Assembly: GCA_942492505.1 (NCBI GenBank)
Contig: CALOFD010000027.1
Location: forward strand, 67,242-131,241
Length of the DNA: 64,000 nt
From: Thermoanaerobaculia bacterium
GTDB lineage: Bacteria; Acidobacteriota; Thermoanaerobaculia; Multivoradales; Multivoraceae
Direction of reading: 5' to 3'
Shown here: positions 48,942-58,876 of the stretch, in pieces
Numbering within the stretch: position 1 is the stretch's first letter
Layout of the letters: every line of letters begins with the position of its first letter
The notes under the pieces: model-generated
What the model saw: only the letters and a program-made list of their open reading frames with translations
Databases searched by the model: none
Told to the model about the DNA's origin: nothing
Position numbers and translations under genes: made by a program

Positions 48942-49464
48942 ATGAGCACCGCCATCGCGATCAACGAAACCGCGCCGGACTTCGACTTGAGTTCGACGGA
49001 AGGCTGTCTTCTGAGCCTTCGAGGACGAGGTACCGCGCCGCGCGGTGCTGCTCTACTTCTTTCCGGATGCCGAGGCCGAGCAGGCCCAGGTCGACCTGAA
49101 GGCTCTCGAGGCCGGACGGATCGAACTCGACAAGGTCCACGTGAAGATCCTCGGGGTTTCTCCGTCGAAGATGCCTCAGCTGGTCTCGTTGCAGTCCGCC
49201 CTGGGGCTCGAGTTTCCTCTTCTGCGCGACGATCGAAAGTTCAGTGAGGCCTATGGGAGTGTGGCGCCGTCGGAAGATGCGAGCGCGCCGGCGGCCCTGT
49301 TCCTCGTCGACCGCCGGCGCAAGATCATCTGGATGGCGAATCCTGCCACCGACGTCGCGGCGGGTGTCTCGCAGGCCCTGCAGGCCGCGAAGGGTCTGGC
49401 CTCCCAGACCGAGAACGTGCCTCGCAGCGTCGTGAATCGCCTGCTCGATCGCTGGCTCAACTGA
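48942..49464 (+). pseudogene. Peroxiredoxin/Bcp-like thioredoxin-fold gene, split over two frames and lacking the peroxidatic Cys
   Basis: Frame of ATG 48942 gives MSTAIAINETAPDFDLSSTEGCLLSL; the +1 frame (open after TGA 49012-49014) gives AFEDEVPRRAVLLYFFPDAEAEQAQ...ILGVSPS...LEFPLLRDDRKFSEAYG...LFLVDRRRKIIW; the break must lie in 49013-49040. Confidence 0.6.
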
Positions 49465-49474
49465 ACCAGGATCG

Positions 49475-50233
49475 ATGCTTCGCACGATCTTCCGGCGACT
49501 GCTCTACGTCGGCTATGCCGGGGTCTTGCTCGCTGTCTTCGTCTACTCCAGCTACCTTTCGTTCAATGCTTTCGTACGGCGAGGCGAGATCATCGTGCCG
49601 GCGGTAGTGGGAATGCCGAGAGAGGAAGCGGTGGCCGTTCTCGAGCGAGTCGGCCTGAGCACGGTGTGGGACGAGTCTCACGATCGGTTCGACACGGAGA
49701 TCGAGGCCGGCGGTGTCGTCAGACAACGCCCGCGGGGCGGCGCTTCGGTCAAGCGAGGCGGCGAAGTCGAGATTCGCGTTTCGTTGGGGCCGCAACGGAT
49801 CCAGGTGCCCGATCTTCGGGGTCAGACGCTGCAGGCGGCCCAGCTCAACTTGCGGGCCGCCGGTCTGTCGGTGGGTTCGTTGGCGCGGGTCTATGCCGAA
49901 GGGGCTCGTCAGGAGCGGGTGGTGCGCCAGAATCCTCCGGCCGGAGGCGAGGTCGGCCACGCGGCGGCGATCGACCTCTACCTGGGTCTCGAGGACACGT
50001 CGGGGTCGTATGTGATGCCGGATCTCGTGTATCAGAAGATGGATGGGGTTCAGCGCTTCTTCAGTCGTCACGACTTCAGGATCGGAAGTGTGAAATACGA
50101 GCCGTACGAGGGCATCGCGCCCGGAGTCGTGCTGCGCCAGTTCCCCCTGCCGGGCTATCGGCTCGGGAAGGACGACGTGATCTCACTGGTGGTTTCCGCG
50201 CTGCCTGAAAGAGTCGAGGAGGTCGGTCGATGA
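49475..50233 (+). CDS. Membrane-anchored protein made only of three PASTA domains
   Basis: 252 aa; N-terminal TM LLYVGYAGVLLAVFVY, then three ~65-aa repeats each starting V/IPxxxGxxxxxA (VPAVVGMPREEA, VPDLRGQTLQAA, MPDLVYQKMDGV); ATGA overlap with rpe. Confidence 0.75.
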   Translation: MLRTIFRRLLYVGYAGVLLAVFVYSSYLSFNAFVRRGEIIVPAVVGMPREEAVAVLERVGLSTVWDESHDRFDTEIEAGGVVRQRPRGGASVKRGGEVEIRVSLGPQRIQVPDLRGQTLQAAQLNLRAAGLSVGSLARVYAEGARQERVVRQNPPAGGEVGHAAAIDLYLGLEDTSGSYVMPDLVYQKMDGVQRFFSRHDFRIGSVKYEPYEGIAPGVVLRQFPLPGYRLGKDDVISLVVSALPERVEEVGR

Positions 50234-50887
50234 AGTTGGCCCCATCGGTCCTGTCGGCAGATATCGGAGACCTGGACAAGGCCGTCGAACAAGCGGAGGG
50301 CGGCGGCGCCGATGCCCTTCACGTCGACGTGATGGACGGTCATTTCGTGCCCAATCTGAGTTTCGGGGTGCCGGTGATCGCAGGCCCTGGCGAGGCGAAC
50401 CAGGCTGCCGCTCGATGTCCACCTGATGGTCTCGAACCCGGCCGACCTGATCGATGCCTACATCGATGCCGGCGCTTCCTGGATCTCGGTTCACCAGGAG
50501 GCGACGACGCACCTCCATCGGCTGCTGGACCACCTTCGCAAGAGGGGCGTACGAGCCGGGGTGGCTCTCAATCCGACGACACCGGTGGAGACCCTGGTCG
50601 ATGCGTTCGAAGTAATCGACTTCGTCCTTCTCATGTCGGTGAATCCGGGCTTCTCGGGTCAGGCTTTCATTCCCCGCGTTCGCGAGCGCGCTCGGCGGCT
50701 CAAGGGTCTGATCGAGCGGGAGGGACGGTCGATCGAGATCGAGGTCGATGGCGGCGTCGGACCGGGCAACATTCGCTCGCTGGCGGAGGCGGGAGTCGAT
50801 ATCTGTGTTTCGGGCTCCGAGGTCTACGGTCAGGACGACTCCGGCAGCCGCACTTCGCAACTTGCGCTCGGCTGCGGAGTCGGGTAG
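50230..50887 (+). pseudogene. rpe: Ribulose-phosphate 3-epimerase, interrupted by a single +1 frameshift (or a 1-nt sequence error)
   Basis: Frame 1 reads MKLAPSVLSADIG...HVDVMDGHFVPNLSFGVPVIA; the +1 frame from 50378 reads ALARRTRLPLDVHLMVSNP...LLMSVNPGFSGQAF...EVDGGV; the +1 frame is closed by TGA 50375-50377, so the break lies in 50378-50386. Confidence 0.8.
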
Positions 50888-50888
50888 C

Positions 50889-51763
50889 GTGAGAGAGCTC
50901 ACCTTTGGTTGGTCGCGCTCTTCGGTGTCCGGCTGTTCTTCGAGCGGAATCTCCGACCCGATTCTGCAACTCGTCAGCTCCCGAGGCCCTCGAGATTGGT
51001 CAAGCGAGTTGCTGGCCGACGAAGCAGTACCGTCAGGCACAGGCCTACCTGGTTCATGCCTTTGAGATTGAACCCAATACCGCGAATGGTCGTGAGGGCC
51101 TGATCTTGATGGCCGATGCTCTGTACCTGCACGGGGGGTGAGGCGAACTGGGTCAAGTCGCAGGGTCGCTATCGGGACTTTCTCAACCGTTTCCCGACCA
51201 GCCAGAAGGCGGCCTATGCCCAGTACCAGATCGGAATGTCCCTTTCGAAGCGACTCCAGAAGCCCGACCGGGACCAGTCCCTGACCCAGGATGCCCTGGA
51301 TGCGTTCAACGACGTTCGTCGCCTCTACCCGACGAGCGAGTACAGCGAGATGGCACTGCCGGAGATGGAGCGGATCTACAACCACTCTGCGGAGCACGAC
51401 TATCTGGTCGGACGTTTCTACATGCGCTATCAGCGCTTCGGGACGTCCTTCGCGGCGATCAGTCGTTTCGAGGGGATTCTGGAGAATTACCCGACCTACG
51501 AAGAGACCGATCGGGTCCTGTTCTACCTCTGCAAGCTCTACTCCTTCAGTGCGGTAGAGGAGCACATCGAACGGGGTCGGGAGGTCTGCAAGAGACTTCA
51601 GGACGAGTATCCGGACACGATGTACGCTCGCAAGGGGAGTCGCATCGAGCCCAAATGGCCGTCGATGGACGAGGAGTTCGCCAATGAGGAATCGGAGCCC
51701 GAAGCCGACGATGAGAGTGCTGTGGATTCTGCTTCTGACGAGTCTGCTGACAGCCGGTTGTAG
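50889..51763 (+). pseudogene. bamD: Outer membrane protein assembly factor BamD (TPR lipoprotein), spread over three frames
   Basis: GTG 50889 and lipobox VSGC (50925-50936) lie in one frame; EALEIGQ...KQYRQAQAYLVHAFEIEPNTANGREGLILMADALYLHGG lies in a second frame ending at TGA 51139-51141; EANWVKSQGRYRDFLNRFPTSQKAAYAQYQIGMS...ILENYPTYEETDRVLFYL lies in a third; the second break coincides with the G6 run at 51133-51138. Confidence 0.65.
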
Positions 51764-52451
51764 CGCCTTCTCCGGCTCCGGAGGAAGCTCCGACGAGGTT
51801 CGGGGCGACATCGAGGAGTTGAAGAGCCGAGTGCTGGAGCTCCAGCAGAAGACGGCCGTCGACGAGATCGAGATTCGCCGTCTCCGGGAGCGCGTCGAGG
51901 AGCTCGAGACCGGCGGACGGGCGCCGCGCCCTTCGGCCCCCCAGGCGGCTCGTGGGATCGGAGAAGAGGACCTCGTGCCGCTCGAACCCGCCGGCCGTAT
52001 CGAGAGCGTCGATCTCGGTGACGATGTCGGTGCCGATGCCGAGACCTCGCTGTCCAACCCTGGTTCTCAGAGGGTAACGGCCGATGCCCAGGCTCTCTAC
52101 GACAGCGGATACACGCTCTACCACCAGGGTCGCTATCTCGATGCCGAGTCGGCCTTCACCCAATTCCTGGCGTCCTGGAGCCAGAGCGATCTGGCCGACA
52201 ACGCCCTGTACTGGATTGGCGAGAGTCGCCTGGGTCGGGGAGAGTCGGCGTCGGCCCTCGCGGCCTTTCGTGAGACGGTGCAGCGCTATCCCGACAGCAA
52301 CAAGGCGCCGGACGCCCTCTACAAGGTCGGCCGGGTACTGGAAGGCCTGGGAGATCTCGACGCCGCTCGCCGGGAGTACCAGGCCGTCGAGAGTCGCTAT
52401 CCAGGTTCGGCTGCTGCGAGAAGCGCCGCGGATCATCTCCGAGACCTCTGA
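51711..52451 (+). CDS. cpoB: Tol-Pal-associated cell division coordinator CpoB/YbgF (lipoprotein form)
   Basis: MRVLWILLLTSLLTAGCS lipobox; coiled coil IEELKSRVLELQQK; C-terminal TPR block YDSGYTLYHQGRY...ALYWIGESRL...YPDSNKAPDALYKVG. Confidence 0.75.
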   Translation: MRVLWILLLTSLLTAGCSAFSGSGGSSDEVRGDIEELKSRVLELQQKTAVDEIEIRRLRERVEELETGGRAPRPSAPQAARGIGEEDLVPLEPAGRIESVDLGDDVGADAETSLSNPGSQRVTADAQALYDSGYTLYHQGRYLDAESAFTQFLASWSQSDLADNALYWIGESRLGRGESASALAAFRETVQRYPDSNKAPDALYKVGRVLEGLGDLDAARREYQAVESRYPGSAAARSAADHLRDL

Positions 52452-52579
52452 AGCAGCAACAGTCGAGCGCCATTCGATCGTTCGGCGCGCAGCCGTCATC
52501 CGTTCGCTGCTTGACAGGCGCGGATGCGAGGCATAGTCTTGTGACGATACGTGCATTTGCAATTCGTCGGGAGATTTGC

Positions 52580-53734
52580 GTGATCTTCAGAAGCGCCTCG
52601 ATTCTGCTTGCCTTCCTGGTGTCGACCTCGGTCGTCTGGGCGCAGCAGCCCCCGAAGGACCTGCATCTCGTCGACGATCACTGGACTGCCTGGGAGCCGC
52701 CTTCGGACTTCCCTCCCGACGCTGAGCTCTACACCATCGTCGTGGGTGACACGCTCTGGGATCTCGCAGGCGAGTATCTCGGTGATCCCTACCTCTGGCC
52801 GCAGCTGTGGGAACGGAACCAGTACATCCTGGACGCCCATTGGATCTACCCTGGAGATCCGCTGCTTCTGGGCTTGAAGGTGACGACCCCGGAACAGGAG
52901 GAGCTCTACACTGAAGCTCCGGTGGTGGAACCCGAGGAAGAGGTCGCGCAGGCGATCCCGGACGCTGAGTATCCGTTCGTTCAACTCGGTCACGCCGATG
53001 ACATCTACTGCAGCGGCTATATCGGTGACGAGAATCAGGCCTTCGAGCATCACATCAGCGGTTCGGAGTACGAGATCCTCGGCCCGAGTTTCGACCTGAC
53101 CTCGCGCGGTCGTCTACAGGCACGTTTCGGCGATGTCGACACGATCAAGTACGGCTTGAGCCTGGGTGACATCGTCTACCTCGATCGAGGGCGCGAGGCG
53201 GGCCTCAGTCCGGGCGACAGCTTCACGACCGTCAGGTCCGGAGAAGTGATCAGGCACCCCTACTCCGGCCGCAAGCTGGGGCGCTTCTATCAGTACCTCG
53301 GGCGCGTGCGTGTGGTCTCTGTGCAGGAGACCTCAGCGATTGGTGAGATCGTCCACAGCTGCTCTTTCATCCAGGTCGGCTCGAACCTGATTCCCTTCGT
53401 GCCGGAGCCGATTCCCTCGAAGCGCAAGAAACCGATGCGTCCGGCGACCTACCCGGTTTCGCGCGACGACCTCGAGAGTGCAGCCGTCATCGTGCACGCC
53501 AAGGACGGACTCGTGGTGATGGGCAAGGATCACGTCGTCTTCCTGGATCATGGGCCTGACGAGGCATTGGAAGTGGGCGACATCCTGACGGTCTATCGAT
53601 TGCCTCCGAACTCCGGTCCGCCGGTCGTACTCGGGGAGGTCGCGGTGCTCTCGCTCACCGGTGGCCGAGCCCTCGCCAAGGTCGTGGCCTCGCGCTACCC
53701 GATGTATGTAGGCGATCTCGCGCTGGTCAATTGA
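52580..53734 (+). CDS. Secreted LysM-domain protein
   Basis: GTG 52580 with GGGAG at 52569-52573; signal peptide ILLAFLVSTSVVWAQQ; LysM block YTIVVGDTLWDLAGEYLGDPYLWPQLWERN...IYPGDPL. Confidence 0.7.
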   Translation: MIFRSASILLAFLVSTSVVWAQQPPKDLHLVDDHWTAWEPPSDFPPDAELYTIVVGDTLWDLAGEYLGDPYLWPQLWERNQYILDAHWIYPGDPLLLGLKVTTPEQEELYTEAPVVEPEEEVAQAIPDAEYPFVQLGHADDIYCSGYIGDENQAFEHHISGSEYEILGPSFDLTSRGRLQARFGDVDTIKYGLSLGDIVYLDRGREAGLSPGDSFTTVRSGEVIRHPYSGRKLGRFYQYLGRVRVVSVQETSAIGEIVHSCSFIQVGSNLIPFVPEPIPSKRKKPMRPATYPVSRDDLESAAVIVHAKDGLVVMGKDHVVFLDHGPDEALEVGDILTVYRLPPNSGPPVVLGEVAVLSLTGGRALAKVVASRYPMYVGDLALVN

Positions 53735-53866
53735 GGCCGGTCGAGGGGACCTCGAAGAGGACTCGCCGACGGTTGCGATCGGGAGTCGACGGTGTCTTGT
53801 GGCCGTCGATCGCTATGGTAGGGTCTCGCGATACTTCGAGCGGTTCTGGAAGAGAAGGGGTCGGCA

Positions 53867-54127
53867 TTGAGCGGTGAGAATCTGAACGGTCGTCTGACCG
53901 ATCTGGTGGGTGAACTGGTGGATCGGGGCCTGACCCTCGAGCAGGCTCGAAACGAGTTCGAGAAGCAGTTCATTCTCGCCTCGCTGCGCTCCAACAACGG
54001 CAATCTGAGCCGTGCGGCGATCGGGCTGGGAGTCCATCGCAACACTCTGCGAAACAAGGTGACCAATCTCGGGATCACCGATCGCAAGCCTCCCGTTCGC
54101 GGCTCCCGCACCGCGCCCCGTCGCTAG
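53867..54127 (+). CDS. Fis-family (HTH_8) small DNA-binding protein
   Basis: 86 aa; FEKQFILASLRSNNGNLSRAAIGLGVHRNTLRNKV; TTG start. Confidence 0.75.
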   Translation: MSGENLNGRLTDLVGELVDRGLTLEQARNEFEKQFILASLRSNNGNLSRAAIGLGVHRNTLRNKVTNLGITDRKPPVRGSRTAPRR

Positions 54128-54285
54128 ACGGTCCGTGCTCTCGCTCAACCGTTCGCGACGGCTGCGAAGACCCCTACCAGGTTCTTCGTCTGCGGCCGGC
54201 GGCGCCGAGGGGCGGCGTCAGGCGGCTGGAGCGCTGCTACCGTTCGCGGCGAACTCGGCTTGAGTGGGACTCGCTGCGACGGACT

Positions 54286-54504
54286 TCAGGAAGTGGCGCT
54301 GTCGTCGGCTTCCTTGCCCTTCTCGATCTTCGAGGAGCCGTCGTCCTTGAGACCCTTCTTGAAGTTGCTGATGCCCTCGCCGAGTCCACGGCCGAGTTGC
54401 GGCAACTTCGAAGCGCCGAAGATCACGAGAATGATCAGGAGAATCACCAACAGTTCCTGAACGCCGAGGGGGCCCAGAAGCAAGAGCGTATTGAGAGTGG
54501 TCAT
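54286..54504 (-). CDS. tatA: Twin-arginine translocase subunit TatA/E
   Basis: 72 aa; ELLVILLIILVIFGASKLPQLGRGLGEGISNFKKG. Confidence 0.85.
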   Translation of the reverse strand: MTTLNTLLLLGPLGVQELLVILLIILVIFGASKLPQLGRGLGEGISNFKKGLKDDGSSKIEKGKEADDSATS

Positions 54505-54543
54505 CGATGTCCTCCAAGCGTGAAGCGCCGAGAAGGAAGCGTA

Positions 54544-55515
54544 TCAGAGCGGTGGCACCGTGAGAGCAGTCTTCCATCGACATCTCAGATCCTCGGCGAG
54601 CGCCCGGTTGTCGTCGAGCGCGGCCAGATGGACCAGGAAGCGGTCCAGCGCGAGTGGAACCTGCGGCAGATACCGTTTCGACCCCCGGAGACGCGAAGCT
54701 GACGAAGGTCCCCACGATCTTCAGGACAACGCTGGGCGGACAGCGACGGTAGTCGGCCGACTCCGTCGTCGTCGGCAGCAGTCGCTCGGCCTCGTGAATG
54801 GGCGTGTAGATGCTGTCGTTGAACAACGAGGCCAGGTCGTAGGAGGCCGGTCCGGGCTGAAGATCCTGATGGTCGATCACCGCGAGTTCGCCGGTTCGCG
54901 TGACGATGAGATTCCTCGCCATGAAGTCACGGTGGCAGGCGACGCGGGGCTGGGCGCCCAGTTTCGAGCACAGGTCATCGAGGGCCGATCGGAGGGCGTC
55001 TGCCTGTGGCCGAGTACCCAACATTCCCTGTGGCTCGAGGAAACAGCTCCACGTCTTCTCGAGTTCACTCCTCAGGAGAGAGTTTCGTCGAGACTCGAGA
55101 ATCGCGGCAGCTGGGAGGTCTCGAGAGACTGGATGGCACTCAGGATCTCGACTGCGCTCTCGAACCAGCGGCGTGCCGCGGCGCCATCCGCCCGGGCGGC
55201 GTGATCGTAGAGGGTGTCGGTTCCCAGGTCCTCGATCCAGTCCATTCCCGATTCCAGATCGGAGTCGAAGACCCGTGGCACCCGCACACCCGCGCCCTCG
55301 AGGAGTCGGGTCGTGTGCCGGAACCGCTCCTGGGCCGGTCGCAGTTCTTGCGGATAGCGGGCGACGATGCTGGACTCGCCTTCGGCCGTGACTCGAAAGT
55401 AGTGCCTCGGAGAGACATCGCCGGCCAGCGCATCGATGCGGTCGATCCGACCGACTCGGGACCCGAGCCACAGGCGCACGGCCTCGATGCCCTCGGCCTG
55501 GGTCTCGGTCGTCAT
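54544..55515 (-). pseudogene. Aminoglycoside-phosphotransferase-fold kinase (AmgK/APH-like), interrupted by two frame changes
   Basis: N-terminus MTTETQAEGIEAV...GDVSPRHYFRV...IEDLG runs in frame A to TGA 55072-55074; the catalytic core LLRSELEKTW...VACHRDFMARNLIV...AVIDHQD lies in frame B; the tail SKRYLPQVPLALDRFLVHLAALDDNRALAEDL returns to frame A and ends at 54544, 40 nt before tatA. The breaks fall at the (GA)n tract 55075-55082 and the C5 run 54682-54686. Confidence 0.65.
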
Positions 55516-55587
55516 TGACAGTGCGAAGCTTAGCTCGGAATAATCCACCAGCGGTTGCCCGAGGGTCTTCGGCGCTTCCGAGACACG

Positions 55588-55917
55588 ATGACTCTCAAAC
55601 CCGACATCGACGATCTGCTGCGAGACCTCGGCGAAGCCCTGCTCGAGGCGGTGTCGGATTCGGACGTGGTCGTGGAGCGGCTTCAGCAACTCCAGGAAGC
55701 CGGCTACTCGTTGTCTCTGCGAGTCGATTGCAAGCCGGGAGAGCAGGACGACGACGCCGAGGACGGACCCGGTTCAGCCGAAGGTGCCCGTGAAGGGGCA
55801 GCGACGAGGCCCGCTGCCGCCGACCCGAACTTCCGAATCAACACCGACGACCTCAGCTTCCTGCGTTCGATCGGCATCGACCCGACCCGCAAGAGTCGCA
55901 GTCGGCGCAGCCGTTGA
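55588..55917 (+). CDS. Small hypothetical protein
   Basis: 109 aa from ATG 55588 (MTLKPDIDDLLRDLGEALLEAV...NTDDLSFLRSIGIDP...basic tail); no family recognised; coding status is supported only by ORF length and amphipathic character. Confidence 0.35.
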   Translation: MTLKPDIDDLLRDLGEALLEAVSDSDVVVERLQQLQEAGYSLSLRVDCKPGEQDDDAEDGPGSAEGAREGAATRPAAADPNFRINTDDLSFLRSIGIDPTRKSRSRRSR

Positions 55918-55942
55918 TTGCCGCCGCAGGGTCGTCTGCGCG

Positions 55943-56599
55943 CTAGTCGAACCAGGCGAAGGTGAAGTTTCGCCCCGCTCGCGCTCCGTCGCGACGGTAG
56001 CTCCACAGCGATTCCGGGTGGCATCGGGTGCACTCTTCGAGGTGGCCGGCCACGTGCGCGCCCGCCTTGGAGAGCTGGATCTCGGCCGCCAGTCCCAGGT
56101 CGAGATGAGGCCGGGGTTCGCGGCGAAGCACGATCGCGGCGTCGATGGCCTGCGCCATTGCCCGCGCCAGATCGTCGCCGACCTCATAGCAGCACCTACC
56201 GATGTGCGGGCCGATCACGGCAACTGCGCCCTCGGCGGCTCCGACCAACGCCGCCGTCAGGATTCCGTCTCGCAGTCCCTTCCAACCGGCGTGAACCACG
56301 TGGAGTCGGTCTGCTTCCAGGATCACGACGGGAACACAGTCCGCGGTCTGGACGGAGATGGCGAGGTCGCGGCGTTCGGTGCGCAGCGCGTCGGCCTCAC
56401 CGCAGTCACCCGCCCGGCCCTCGACGATCCGCGTGCCGTGGACCTGCCGTGACCAGCCGACCTGGTGATCTGCCCCCTGGAGGGCGGCGAAGGTCTCGGA
56501 GGCGGTCGTCGAGCCCTTGCCGGAGAAGAGCAGATGGGCGCCTGGAAGCTCCACAGACCAATGGTGGATGCCGTGGCTGAGCTGTGCTTCGAAATCCAC
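55943..56599 (-). CDS. pgeF: YfiH/PgeF (DUF152, Cu-oxidase_4) family protein
   Basis: 218 aa; QVHGTRIV, TADCVPVV, VVHAGWKGL and CTRCHPESLWSYRRDG motifs. Confidence 0.85.
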   Translation of the reverse strand: MDFEAQLSHGIHHWSVELPGAHLLFSGKGSTTASETFAALQGADHQVGWSRQVHGTRIVEGRAGDCGEADALRTERRDLAISVQTADCVPVVILEADRLHVVHAGWKGLRDGILTAALVGAAEGAVAVIGPHIGRCCYEVGDDLARAMAQAIDAAIVLRREPRPHLDLGLAAEIQLSKAGAHVAGHLEECTRCHPESLWSYRRDGARAGRNFTFAWFD

Positions 56600-56680
56600 T
56601 CGAAGGTCTCCTGGGTGGCTTCTCGGGTACCGTCGAGCGGCCCGTCGAAGGGCGAGATCGCTAGGTTAGACTAGCGCGCG

Positions 56681-58138
<1,458 letters not shown>

Positions 58139-58153
58139 TCCGGAGACCTGCCG

Positions 58154-58876
58154 GTGATCGAGTTCTTCCACGTCACGAAGAAGTATCCGGCCGGACCGGT
58201 CGCGCTGAGCGATCTGTCGCTGGCGATCGGGCGCGGCGAACTCGTCTACCTCACCGGTCCCAGCGGCGCCGGCAAGACCACCCTGCTGAAGCTGATCTAC
58301 CGCGAGGAACTCCCCGACACGGGCCACATCCTGGTCAACGGCCGCAACGTGGGATCTCTGCCTGCTTCGAAGGTGCCCTACCTGAGGCGGTCGATCGGAG
58401 TCGTGTTCCAGAGCTTCCGACTGATTCGGCGCAAGACGGTGTTCGAGAACGTTGCCTACCTACCGAGGATCCTCGGCTTCAGTCGGGCGCAGCAGCGTGA
58501 CTGTGTCGCCGAGGCCCTGGAGAAGGTCGGAATGGCGGACCGCATGGATGCCTTTCCCGCCGGACTCTCCGGCGGAGAGCAGCAGAGGGTGACCCTGGCT
58601 CGTGCGCTGGTTGGAAGGCCCGAGATCCTGATCGCCGACGAGCCGACCGGCAATCTCGACCCTCGGATGTCGCTGGAGATCCTGCGCCTGCTGCTGGAAG
58701 TTCACGCGCGTGGCACCACCGTATTGGTCGCGACTCACGATCCCCGACTGCTCGAGCTGGCTCCTTCGCGGGTTCTCTCCCTGGACGGCGGCTGCCTGGT
58801 CGGCGATGGCGATCGCCCGATGCTCGAGGAGCTCTACCCGGATCCGTCCACGGAGAGAATCGTTGAGCCTGGCTAA
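58154..58876 (+). CDS. ftsE: Cell division ABC ATPase FtsE
   Basis: 240 aa; Walker A GPSGAGKTTLLK, signature LSGGEQQRV, Walker B ILIADEPTGNLD. Confidence 0.9.
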   Translation: MIEFFHVTKKYPAGPVALSDLSLAIGRGELVYLTGPSGAGKTTLLKLIYREELPDTGHILVNGRNVGSLPASKVPYLRRSIGVVFQSFRLIRRKTVFENVAYLPRILGFSRAQQRDCVAEALEKVGMADRMDAFPAGLSGGEQQRVTLARALVGRPEILIADEPTGNLDPRMSLEILRLLLEVHARGTTVLVATHDPRLLELAPSRVLSLDGGCLVGDGDRPMLEELYPDPSTERIVEPG

